This document shows positions 1 through 12,112 of a DNA stretch of 64,000 nucleotides, one piece after another; the first letter of the stretch is position 1, and every line of letters starts with the position of its first letter. The DNA is from Camelus dromedarius (Eukaryota), in assembly GCF_036321535.1 (NCBI RefSeq), contig NC_087437.1, forward strand, positions 67,954,001-68,018,000. Direction: 5' to 3'. The notes beneath the pieces were generated by a model. The model was not told the DNA's origin, searched no databases, and saw only the letters and a list, made by a program, of their open reading frames with translations. A program made the position numbers and the translations under genes.

Positions 1-3000
1 GGTATGTTTCACTTTCTCTTATTCTGCCATCTTGATCTATCTTCTTTAATTTTATTTTTCTATATTAACTGAGATCTCTTGTGTGCAGTTAAGACATGTT
101 TTTTGTGTGAGGTTTGATCTTTCACACAATGAATTAGTTCCTCTTTACTATATATCACTTTCATATTAGATAGGAAGCTTACTTCCAAAATGGTTTATTT
201 TGTGTCAGTGTTTTCATAGGATCATAATTAGAAATTCTGAAGAGATGGTATCTTTCCAGTCAATTACCATAGGATTTGCACAACATTTACTGATGCCCAT
301 GGCAGGTTCTCAGAGCTGGTTGTTCCAAGTAAGTTAATTTACAGCGAATACTAGTGAGGCTTCACAAACACTGAGTTCCTTTTGCTTTTCTGTACTTTAA
401 ATACTGAGAGAGTGTTGAGAGCATTGACTAGGGTATAGAAGTTGAAAACTTGATTGATGATACAAACTCATTATCCTCTCTCACTCTATTCCTGTTAATG
501 AGATGTTTACAGCAAATTTCTAAGAGTTTGTTTCAGAAAGGAAAACAAAAATCTATTAATGAGGGGTTTAATCAAATGTTCCCCTTATCAATTGTTAGTA
601 AATCATAGCAACTCAAAGCACAGGCTTGCTCATCAGATTTTGAACAAGTCAATGTGCACAGTGGTGCCTGAAGGACTCTGAGAATCACCTTTGACCATAA
701 CTTTTGGTTAGACTAATTAGCTGTATTATTTTACATGGTAATACCATTTAAAAGATCTTATTTCTTCGCTTACATTTGTTATGCCTTTTGTAACATACAT
801 GCACTGATATATATTACCCCAAATAAGGGGTTCTTAATAGCATTCTGTGACCACTGAATAGGTAATGCTGTTATTGCCTTTAATAATGAAAGCTCAGAAT
901 ACCAAATACAGTCTCATACAAAGATCCTTCTTTCTTTACTGATGCATTACACCCAAGAATTTTATATTTATCTTACATAGGTTCAAGAAAAAGACAAAAT
1001 TTTAAACTGTGTTGTTTGATGAATTTATAGAAAACTCCTTAATCATATTAAAAGTAAATTTTCTAACATATATGAAAGAAATAAAATAGATATTTAAAGA
1101 ACATATTAACTCTTCAAAGCATTTTTTCTTCTCAGTGTGCTTTTTAATCTTCACAATGATTAGAGTTGGATAAATGTTTTTATTCCCATTGTAAAGATGA
1201 GAAAACCAAAGCAAAGTTAGATTAATTTGCATAATTGTTTTTAACATTTTCTGGGTAGTGGACTAGTCAGAATTTGATTATAGCTGTGACCCCTCTGCTG
1301 TAGAAAATGAATGTAGAAAACTCTGTATTTGTTTTGTATAAAATTTCAGATTAATAATTTATAGCTTTGGTAACATAGGTATTAATGTAGCCCAGACTAA
1401 AACCCAATTAACCTGGCTTTGAAATCTATGTTCCTTTTTTTGATCCATGTTCTATCTTTTAACTGTAGTGGAGATACACTTTTCTTCTCTCTCTCTTAAT
1501 GGTGTGTTAAGTTTAAGTAACTTCTCCAAAAAAAAAATTGCATATTTCCCCTCTCTATACAATATGCTACTGAGCTATATAAAGCTTCTATAAATTAATT
1601 CTGCTCATTTCCTCTTCTCTGCACTTTCTACTGAGGTTTCTTATTTCCATGTTACATTCCTAGTCCCCATGGAATGTGGAGACAGCATATGCTGATATTA
1701 TGGTTTCAGACTGTACGACTTGTGCTTCACACATCAAAGAACAGGAACTTAGTAAGCTGTGCCTTATTTTTCTGTTCTGCTGCCAAAAGCAATATATTAA
1801 TTAGGTTTCCAAATGTTGTTCTTAGAATGGCAATGTTAATTTGTGGAATAGTCTGTATGAATTAGGGGATGTCACGTTGTGTTTCCCTCAATTGTTTTTG
1901 AACTTTGGAAAAAGAGCAGAAAGGGATAGAGGTAACATAAATGTGGTGCATAACACTCTTTAAAACAAAAAACCTAATACAAAAACATACCTGTCTTTTG
2001 TTACCTTATGCTTTCTTTCTTGTTTCTGTACATTTAAAAAAATTTGTTTGTGGATAATAATCTCAAACAAGAATAGCATCTTTCCCCATGTCTTTTTTTT
2101 TCCTCTAAAATAAAACTACATTAAAAAATTAATTCAAACCTTTTATTTTTTATGGTTACTCTTTATCATTTTTATCACTAGATTTAAATGAAGGCGATTC
2201 TGTGAATTTAAAAAGCTGCAAACACTTTTATATTGAGTACATAGGCAGAATCGTTACAATTAATTTCAGTAGAGGTCGAGTTTTCTACCATTCCTCTTAG
2301 CAGTTTTAATTGAGAGATGCATAATGCTGTAGATTTGAGTGTATGTATTTTGGTGGGGGGGGGTAGTTAATTTTCTGTTCTACTTTTCTTTCAGGGAAGT
2401 CTAGAAATGTACCAGCTTTCTGCAACTCACAACCTGTACTTAAGACCCTGTTTTGTCACATCTTCAGCCAAGTGAGCAATTTCACATACTGCCCATCCAA
2501 TAGCAGGATCTGAAATGTGCTGAATCCCATGGTCCTTGTTTCATCCTCTTAGTGAGGAAGATATGGCTTGCCTTTCTTCGATATGGTTGACTTTCTTTCT
2601 TGCCACTTACTGTGTCATCCTTTCTTCCTGTTGACATCTTGAGGGATCTTCAGTCAGCGCAAGCCATCTGGAGTTGTGAATGGGCAAGGGGAGGAGGAAA
2701 CTGGAAGGGAGGTGAGGAGGGAGGGCAAAAGTTGGCAGTTGCCCATCAGGAATGGGAAAAGGAGAAGAAATAAGTAGCATAGTAATGAAGTCAAGGACAC
2801 TTGCCTTAACTAGTGTTTTTGATAGTACCTCCAGGTTTGAATTTAAGAGTTCAGTTTTAGGGCCCTGCTTTGTGTTTGTATTTCACATTAGCTTTTCATT
2901 TTGGCTCTTTCTTCAAAATAAGAAGAAAGTAAACTTGCTTTACTGCTCATCTGTCTGTCTGGCATCTGTCTCTCTTTTGCTTCACCTATTTCCTGTTTGT

Positions 3001-3339
3001 CTTAGAATTTCCTTTTTTTTTTTCACCCCTACTTTCTGTCTACTGATGCTTACAGTTGAAAACATCATTAGCAATTTCCTGTAGTCTGTGGAACTCTTTC
3101 CTTATTCATAGTTTTTATGGCCTTCAAAAGAAGGCACAGCAGAAGATAGCAAATGATCTAACAACTGGTCTAGTCTTCAAGAGTTAACTCTTTTAGTGAA
3201 AATGTATTAAAGTATTCTCAAAAAACAAGGGAGAAGTCACTCAAAATTACTCTGGGTGGGAATGTATTTTCAATAGTAACCTAAAATTTGAGTTAAATGT
3301 CTTAAATAGAAGTTCATTTTTCTTACATAATCAAATTAG

Positions 3340-3660
3340 TGGTTGATATCTGTTGTCAGTTAGTAACTGAGTAATGTCATGATCTGTAAGTATTACTGCC
3401 ATTCTTTTGGACTTTTCCTAATGATTATTTGCCTCATAGTCCCAAAATGGCTGCCTCAGCTCTAGGCAGATGTTCAAATTCAAGATAGAAAGGAGTAGGG
3501 AAGAGGAAAAGCAGTTCATCTGTCCCTATCATTAGGAAAAAAAAAAAAAAGCCTTCACAGTAGACTTCAGCAGCCTTCTGCTTGTATCTCACTGGCCACG
3601 TCATTGGTCAGTTCTGCATCTCAGGCACATCACTCCTGGCTACAAAGGATGATGAAAAAA
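3340..3660 (-). mobile_element. MaLR LTR fragment, MLT1J/K-like
   Basis: The blocks 'cctcatagtcccaaaatggctgcctcagctctagg' and 'cttctgcttgtatctcactggcca...ctggctacaaagga' match the reverse complement of old MLT1 LTRs. Confidence 0.65.
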
Positions 3661-3798
3661 AGATTGTTTTGCTTTTTCTTTCTTTAATGCAGAGGTGAGA
3701 TGGGAGAAGGAACTTGAGAACATAACTGAGTTAACTGATGAACAATGTCTGCCACATTTCTTTACTGGAAAATAGGGACAAAACAGTTGAATATATAA

Positions 3799-3880
3799 TT
3801 GTGTGTGTATATATACATATATATATATGTATATATGCACACACATGCACACACACGCACACACACATGCACACACATAC
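3799..3880. repeat. Compound (TG)/(TA)/(CA) microsatellite
   Basis: Dinucleotide runs are directly visible. Confidence 0.9.
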
Positions 3881-4809
3881 AAACAGAGACAAGATGACAA
3901 CATAAAATAAGCAACTCAGAAAGAAACTATAGTGATACCTTACACGTGCTCAATGTTGTGCTCATGGTAACATTTTCCCATTCATTATCTCTCCTCTAAA
4001 GTCTGCTTAGGTTGAGGAATTCTTTACTTCCCAGCTTCTGAGTTTGCCTGGTGATAAGTAAAAGCTTAAAGGTAGATTCCCAGACTGAACTACCATAAAT
4101 TGGTCTGAAATCTTGACTTTTCTCTGATTTCCCTGGACAGCCTACCTAAAGATCTCCTTAAAGTAAGTCTGATTGTCTTGTTAGACTTTCTTTCTACTAC
4201 TGAAGACTGCTTTTTTGGCTTATCAGTGGAGAGAATGAAGAATTTTCTGTTCTCCTACTCTAAGAGCTTCTGTTCTGACATACTCAATAATTCTGGTGAG
4301 GCAGTGACTCATTGATTGGTGTGAAAGACCCACTCATGTGATGCCTTAAACAGTTGGCGGGCAATCTGGATTCATGAGAGGCAGTTCCATGGACCCCCAG
4401 TCAGTTTCTTATCATTGACCTAGGGAAGACAGAACAGGTAATGTGTCCTGCTGAGGGTAACTGTTAGATGTTGGGGAAGCATTTAAGGAGAGTTTACTGT
4501 GTCTTTACGCCCTCAATTGCTTTAGTTTGTACCTTTCTGATTCTGTAAGGAGCAAATTGATGAATTATAGGTCTGTGGTGAAGGGTACTCATTTGTTAGC
4601 TTAAGTAAGGTGGCTTGCCTTGATTGCAGTGTTCAGTATTGAATACACTCACTGCACCTCAGATCGGGTCATTGAAATGTAAATTATGTGAAATGTTTGT
4701 GAATTTAAAAAAGTCAAGCACAGTATTGAACGCCAGGTTGGGTTGTGAAGTGAAAGCAGGGGTTTTAGTTTTAAATGTATGCTTTACTAGACTTGACAGT
4801 AGAGATGTG

Positions 4810-4960
4810 AACATATTTTTGTATGCCTACTATGTGCCAAGCAAAATAATCTTATAAGGTAGTTATTTTCCATCTACATTTTAAAAGGTGAGGCAATTAA
4901 AGTTCAGAGAGACCAGGCAATTTTTTTTTTACCAGGTAAAGTTTACACAAGTCAAAGTAT
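4810..4960 (-). mobile_element. MIR SINE fragment
   Basis: 'tgcctactatgtgccaagca' and the MIR core 'cattttaaaaggtgaggcaattaaagttcagagag'. Confidence 0.7.
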
Positions 4961-5124
4961 TCAATATGTTTTCCATTTGTTCTTTGTTCTGTTCCACAAT
5001 TTAAATGCATTCAGGATTGTTCTTTTAGAAATATCTGGATTATATAATTTTACAAAAATATCATGGAGCTTTTATGTATCTATAGCAGAAGTCCCTAGAT
5101 ATACACCAAGGTAGTTCCTTAATG

Positions 5125-5250
5125 TCTTTCTTTTTTTTTCCTTCTCTTTCTTCTCCTTCCTTCCTTCCTCCCTCCCCACTCTGTCCTTTCCTTCCTTCCT
5201 TCTCTCCCTCTTTCCTTCCCTCCGCCTCCCTCCCCCTCCCTCTTTCTTTC
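5125..5250. repeat. Polypyrimidine (CCTT/CT) low-complexity tract
   Basis: About 125 nt of almost pure C/T. Confidence 0.9.
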
Positions 5251-6434
5251 AGGACTAGCAGAGATAATTTTCCTTCTAGAACAATTTTGTACCTAACACT
5301 ACTTCTCCCAAAGCCATCCCCCCCAGCCTATGATGACACTTAAATGAAAAGCTGTACAAGATTCTCCTTGACTTTCTAACATACAGTCTGTAAACACACT
5401 TAACTCTTCACTGATTGTGAATTAATTGATGCTGCAACTTTGCTTTCACAGCTGACGAGGGCCTCAAATTAGTACTCCCAGGTGTGTTTTGGTAGGCACA
5501 AAAGGCAGGTACATTCTGGGAGCGCTTTGAGTTTCCTGGCTGCACCTTCTTGAGATTAGGAAGTCAGCAACCTGTGGATGTTGTAGATATGCCGGACAAG
5601 TCACTGCAGATTGGATCAATGGGAGACAAAACAGCAACCTGTGCATGTGCTGTTCTTGGGTCAAAGGGTTCAGGTCTAATGTTTCATCAGGGCAGTCTTT
5701 CTGGGAGTCCATGCCCTGCCTCTAGGACTGGCCTTAGACTCATTCTGGATGGTGTACTGACAAAGTACACTCGAGCAACTTTGAGATTGTATAAATGGAG
5801 GAAACAGTCTCTGGCTTTGGGAGTTTCTCAAATGTGTGAAATATGAGGTGCAGTTTTACACAGTCCATCATCTTCATAAGCCCAGGATAGGAGTCATGGG
5901 ATAACAAGCCTTTCTTTATTCAGTTACCCTCATGTACCAACAAAGCTGAAGGCATTACTCTTGTTCACCACATTTGTCTCAGCCTTTACATAGAGGATTA
6001 AGTGTATTTCCCAAGATCTGGAGAACAAGCAGAAGGAAATGCTATTAAAAAGGAGATTGGATATGGTGCTTGTCTACTTACAGTGATGCCCCTGCTTTGA
6101 TGGAGAAATAGGATTATTCTGGAATGCCTCCCTGTCTATTTTTCCCTTCCTTGAGATGCCCAGGAAGACAAGTGAATATGTATTTACCCAAATTACATAA
6201 ATTGTCATTATTTCATCAACACAGTTTTTCCTCTTGACATTTATAGAGTGCCTTTTAGTAGTTGTTATTAGATGCAGTACTCGTAACTCCCTAGTAAATA
6301 AGAGGAGATTTGTATACCCACTTCACAGGTAAGATCTTTGATGTACAAGGTGATTAACTATCCATAGGTGGGCTAATGAGGCACCTGGCTAATATCATCT
6401 ATGTGAAGCAATTTAAAAGACTGAGTAACTCTTT

Positions 6435-6600
6435 TCTTGAACATACATTTATTAAATGTACAAGATATGCCAGACAGGGTTCAGGTGTTATAGGTAAAAA
6501 GATAAATGAGATAATAAGATACCCTGCCCTCATGGACCTCAAAGATTAATAGCAAGAATCATGCAAACAATTAAGAACAGTATGATGCCCCAAGTATTAT
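6435..6600 (-). mobile_element. L2 LINE 3' end
   Basis: 'catttattaaatgtacaagatatgccagacag...ccctgccctcatggacctca' is the reverse complement of an L2 3' terminus. Confidence 0.7.
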
Positions 6601-6786
6601 AACAAATGACTGTGTAAGCTGGGTGATGACTCATTGTAATGACTGTGCTTAGGAATTAATCTGTGAACTCCATTCTATGCAAACTTTGTGTATGCATGTG
6701 CGTGTGTGTACAAGTGCAAACAAAAGAAAATTCTGCCTAATTTAAGCAGAATTAGTAGACAGTCCCAGCTAGGAATGAAAGGTTGC

Positions 6787-6805
6787 TGCGCAGCAGAGGG
6801 CCCAG
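6787..6805 (+). promoter_or_regulatory. Candidate CTCF motif
   Basis: GCAGCAGAGGGCCC versus core consensus CCAGCAGAGGGCGC. Motif match only. Confidence 0.3.
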
Positions 6806-7339
6806 CTGTCAGGACACAAGTCTGCCTGGAATGCTACCACTGATACCTCATCACTGGAAGGTATGCACATCTGCCCCTTCCTTGGTATGTCCACCACTAG
6901 CACCAGAAATTCTCAAACAGCATGAGCTCTTTGAGAAACTTGTGTCCTTGTTTCTCTAAGTTATGTTTAAAAGTCCTGGGCAGGGACCTCTGGTTGATGG
7001 AGTAATCTGACCACCAGAGGAAAAGAGGAGGGGATGCTTGAACCTTTTCAGGTTTTGTAACATAAAGAAGAGTTTTGTCTTGGCTAAAATGTGTGCATCC
7101 ATCCTTGAGAAAGAGAATTTAGGTACCTCTCAGTCCAAAAACACAAAAGCAAAACAAAAAACAGAAAAAAACCCATCACAGATATCTAGTACAGTTGGGA
7201 AGCCTTTTGTTCTTCCTGAAATCTCAGCTGTGTTCCTCTTTTGTATATTGACCAAACTCAGGGACAGGGAAAGAATCTTTACAGCAGACCCGTTGAGTCT
7301 CAAGGCTCTTTTGACAGGCTTAAAATATGGGGACAAGCG

Positions 7340-7490
7340 GTAATGATAGTAACTGAAACTGTGTGATATGGTCAAAGAGTGAGTAGGCCAAACCTGACAC
7401 TGATGGTGCCATTACCTTGGAAAATTCACTTGATTTAAATCAGCCTCAGTATCTTCATCCATAAAATGTATGGGGGATTTTTAAGTGCCC
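7340..7490 (+). mobile_element. MIR SINE fragment
   Basis: MIR core 'ccttggaaaattcacttgattt...gcctcagtatcttcatccataaaatg'. Confidence 0.65.
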
Positions 7491-7511
7491 TTTAGATATG
7501 CTCAAATCAGA

Positions 7512-8190
7512 ATTCATTTATTCATTCAATATTTATCTTTTTAAACTTTTCCATGCTAGTTAGTATTCTAGGTATTAGGTAACAGTAGTAAACAAGGGTA
7601 ACAAGATATCTGATTTCCTAGAGCTTGCATTGGGCTCCATAGACACTCAACTTGGGGAGGAATCAGAGTGAGAATCAATAATTCTATTTTGGATATACGG
7701 AATTTGAGATGATTATTAAGCAATCATATGGAAATGCTTAGATTTCAGTGGGAAAGAAAGGACGGAAAATACAATTTTGGGCTTTGTAAACATACTGTGT
7801 GATATTTAAAGCCATAAAATAGAATGAGGTCATCCAAATTGTGAGCACAATTTGAGAAGGGAAGAGTGCTAAGGACTTAATCCCAAAGTACTCTAACAGA
7901 GAGCTCTTATAAGAGAAACCATTGAAATAAAGGGAGAATAAGACTGGTGATACAGGAGGAAATCTAGAAATTGAGGAAGAAGGTGACTCAAGAATTAAGG
8001 AGTGACTAACTTTGTCATATCCTGCTGACCTACCAAATGGACCATTGTAGCAAGATATGAGCTACTTGGAAGTTCAATAAATGCTTTTTCAATCAGGCAA
8101 TAATGGATAATGGTGAGAACCCCATTGAAGGGGACTGAGGAGTAAATGGGATATGAGAATGTGGAGACACAAAAGAATACACAACCCTTT
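7512..8190 (-). mobile_element. L2 LINE fragment(s)
   Basis: Tail 'attcatttattcattcaatattt' followed by purine-rich antisense L2 body ('tgatatttaaagccataaaatagaatgaggtcatcc'). Confidence 0.7.
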
Positions 8191-9714
8191 CAGGAAATAT
8201 TTTAAACCACTGATGCTAGATAATGTTGTCACCATCTTGGATCTCTTTCCATTATCACTCTTTGTATTATTACGTGGTCAAGATTTAAAGTCCTCAGAGA
8301 AAACAGTGTATTAGTTGAACCTAAGTTACATGTCTTTGCTCTGAACCAGAAACAGGAAGGGTGAAGTTCTAAAGTGGGAAGTGGAGTCCTGGTTTCCAAC
8401 AATACTCAAACAATGGGGGATTCTCCCAAGTTAGAACAAGTTTATTCAGATGTGAATTACAAAATGTTCAGATTCCCACTGTTTTCTCCATTGTATCTCT
8501 TGTAACCATTACCATCTCCCATTTTAGCTACAACTACTATAATTTTAACCATCATTCTTTCTCACCTACTCTGTTTTCTCCTCTAATCTCTGTCTCTTTT
8601 GCACCATTACTGTTAGATTAATTTTTATCTACATTTCTGATGATATCACCACATTCTGGAAGTTTCTGACTTTCTATTCATTGTATAGTAAAGTTCAAAC
8701 TCCAGCCTAGAATCTAAGGCAATTCATGATTAATGCACAACCATTTCTTTTTACTTTTCTCTTATCTTTTTAAGCATTTCTTGATCTGACAAGAGTGAAT
8801 TACTGTTTAATGTACATTTTTGTTTTGCATAGTGCTGTTCATTGTCCTTCTCGAGATAGCCTCCATATCTCTACTATTCTACTTAGCCTTCTAGAATTCT
8901 ACTCCAGGTGGAAATAATCCATCATTTTTCATAATGTGTGTAGAATGTTATCTAGAAATTTGCTAAGTGTATACACATGTGTAAGGTGGGGAAGAGGTAT
9001 TGCTTTCTAAGTTGCATTTCTATTTTTATAGTACATATTTAAGTAATATATTACTTATATCAGTAAACAAATAAGATCTCTGCTTGAACTTTCTGTGTCC
9101 AGTAACCTTGGAGAAAACTAAAGCCCTTCTCGGACTCCCTAAGATTTCTGTGACTGTCCAGGGAACTTATATTTCCTGGTCGTTTCTGCCTCTGGAGTCC
9201 TGAAAGCTATCTCCTTTAAACAACATTTAGTCAAATACAAGACTTGGACCCTTCTCATTTCCTGCAAGATCAGTCAACTCACCAAATGTACACAGTAAAA
9301 ATGAACAAAACAAAAACAATCACCCACTCAACTTGTGATTGATTACAAGGAGGGTTCTAATTTCCCCAGCGCACAGGCTCGATTTAAGGTTATATATTTG
9401 ACATTCCTATCCTTAACATATTCCTTTGACTGTCCTACACCTAAGGGTTCTGAACTAATTTCACCCCGTTTAGCAACTGCCATTCTACTGCCTTCTGAGT
9501 GAGTCTCTTCATTCTGTTATTTTACTTTTTGAAGGCATTTTAATTTTATGCTTAATAACCAAGGCTTTTAAAGCACCTGTGATTGGGTGCTCACCCTCTA
9601 TACAAAGTGGCTTATCCAGGCGCATTTCAAAAGTAGTTCTCTTCCCAAAGGTACCTATGAAGAGTTAGCTGTTCAGATTTTCTTTTTCACCTGGTTATGT
9701 TTTTGTAACACTCA

Positions 9715-9840
9715 TCTCTCTTCCTGAGTAGTAAATTCTCAAGAACATAGAGACAGAATTTTATTTCTGTGTTCCACAGGGCCAGGCACAGTGCCTGACA
9801 CAGCAGGCACGGAACATGTGTTGATGGAGTGAATGGCTGA
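9715..9840 (+). mobile_element. L2 LINE 3' end
   Basis: 'ggcacagtgcctgacacagcaggcac...tgttgatggagtgaatg'. Confidence 0.7.
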
Positions 9841-11049
9841 TATTGAGTGTTTCTTCCAGGTCTACAATTCTATTTTTCTATTTCTCCAACTTCTTTATTC
9901 TAAACTTATAAAAATGCTTATGAATATGCTTATTAATAAGTGCTGACATGGAATAACTTTTTGAATAAATGTTTAAAAGGAGTTAACAAAGACTTACTCA
10001 ATCCTAGCATACAGGACACCAGATAGTGTTGAAGTCAGAGTCAGGGACATTGATGTTTGGCACCAATATGGTGGTTGATCTTTGCATTATTTTTTGTTTG
10101 CCATTACGTTTGCATTTAAGTGAAAGACCATCAAAAATCTCCAGGCTTTAGAATAAATAGGTTTGTAGACCACTGATATCCCAGAGCATTTATGCAGAAG
10201 CTGCTTTGACCGTCTCTGTTTGTTTCCCCAGGGCATAGTATGTCTCCCCTGTCGGGGAGAGTATTGCCTCTTGGGGCAGGCACTGTCTTTGGTTCCATAT
10301 ATAGCTACATAGCACTTAGATGTTCAATAGATTCTTATTAAAGTGAATTGATTAGAATTGGGAAGTTTCGCTGAACCTCTTGGTATCGCCTCTTATCTTT
10401 ATTCCATTCTAGAAGTAGCTACATCTTTTATGTTCTCCAGAGACCAAAGCACATATTCAGTATTTGAAAACAAAGGCTGCTTGTTTTTCCATCTTCAATA
10501 TTGAAAAAATGGAAACAGAACTTAATGAAAATAAACCAAATCCATAAAGATAAAATAGTGAAATATCCCTTTTTAGATGAATCCACAAAAACAATACTCT
10601 AAAGACCGAGATATTTAATCAAATAAATAAATCAAACGCTACGTTAAATTGAGAGCCATCAAAGGGAAGCTGTTTTTCAGATGTTTAACAAGAATGAAGA
10701 ATTGAACCATATGTCAAAAATAGGAATGTTTTATCTTTGTATAATGTAGCAGTGTTTCTCAAATTGTGTTCTGCATAAGGAACAGTCCAGGGAGGGAGAG
10801 CTCTTAGGCATGAAACAAAGGAGCTATTTAGCAGGACCAGTGCCTATGATGGAGAGGCAGATACTCAAAAGTGAATACAAATGCATTGTTTTGAAGTGTG
10901 CTAATAAGATCCATGAAAATAGAAGACTAAGCAATTTTTAAAATAAAATTTGCTTTGCTTTCTCTAATAGATAACAGAGATACTTTAGAAATGTTTTAAT
11001 TCCCCAAAGAAATAAATGTGCTTATTAGTACCATTATGGGGCCTGGAGT

Positions 11050-11240
11050 GTCCAAGAAAGCTCATGGAATTTATTGTCATTTATTTGAATCTGGATTTAC
11101 TACTTACTACCTGAGTAACACAGGGCAAATGGCTCACACTAGCCTGAAATTTAACTTCCTAATTTATGAAATAAGGAGAGGAATACATTCTTCAAAGATT
11201 TGTTGCAAATACTATATGATATAACAAGAAGATGATTTAG
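11050..11240 (+). mobile_element. MIR SINE, interrupted by MER58A and resuming at about 11467-11510
   Basis: 'tttgaatctggatttactacttactacctgagtaacacagggcaaatgg...ttcctaatttatgaaataagga'. Confidence 0.7.
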
Positions 11241-11242
11241 GT

Positions 11243-11465
11243 CAGGAGACAGTGAACTTTTTCCATAAAGGACCAGATAGTAAATACTTCAGGCTTTGCA
11301 GATCAGATGGTCTTTTTTTGCAATTTCTAACTCTCCTGTTATAGTGCAAAAGCCATCATAGACAATAAGTAAACAAATACTGTGGCTGTGTTTCAATAAA
11401 ACTTTATTTACAAAAATAGGCACTGGCCCAGGGTTGTCCTGTGGACCGTAGTTAGCCAACCCATG
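11243..11465 (+). mobile_element. MER58A non-autonomous hAT-Charlie DNA transposon, near full length
   Basis: The blocks 'aaaggaccagatagtaaatacttcaggctttgca' and 'gtggctgtgtttcaataaaactttatttacaaaaatagg' and the terminus 'gtagttagccaacccatg' follow the MER58A consensus over ~220 bp. Confidence 0.85.
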
Positions 11466-11841
11466 AGGTCAGGCAATGGCTGGTATGTTGACAATCCTCA
11501 TAAATTAAATGTAAAAAAATCACCCAGCGCAGTTATTACCACATAGAATATCTTGAATAAATGCATTGGTCAGTCAGTCAATGAAGAAATCTGGGAATGA
11601 ATATGGCCTGGTGAGTGTAATTATCACCCCCAACCTCACCACTCAATATTTTACTACTTCATATGTCCTTTTCTGCTGTTTTTATGAGATCATTTGACAG
11701 TTTCTACTGATGTCCCAGATATAAGAAGGCAACAGTATTTCAGTCATAAATTTTCTTAAAATGATTTTTTAAACATTCTTAAGGCAAAAGATATGTTGTT
11801 TGGAAAGCTCAGTGCTAAAAATTGGAGCAACTCGCCTAAAG

Positions 11842-12112
11842 CATCATTTCCTAAACAGCATTCCAAGATAACTGTGTACTAGGAAGAATGAACAGTGTTC
11901 TATAGTAAAATATTTTTGAGAAATACTCTGTTAAATAAAATTAAACAGATTTCTTTATTACAGAAACTCTCATAGGTTTTGATGCTAAAGAGGGTGGAGG
12001 AATACATTCTGCAGAGCTTCCCAGATATGTTTTAACTCAGAAAATTTTTTTACATACCTATTACCATCTTCCAGAATATAGTCTTCAGAGAATAGTATTT
12101 GGGAAACACTGC
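11842..12112. mobile_element. hAT-Charlie MITE, MER112-like
   Basis: Terminal 'tttgggaaacactg' and internal 'gttaaataaaattaaacagatttctttattacagaaactctca'. Subfamily uncertain. Confidence 0.6.

Noticed and set aside
3930..4700. Possible ERV1-type LTR plus start of internal sequence; similar LTR-like stretches at about 9.1-9.5, 15.2-16.4, 26.4-26.7 and 49.7-50.0 kb
   Set aside because: The composition is suggestive, but I could not match family consensus, termini or TSDs with confidence.
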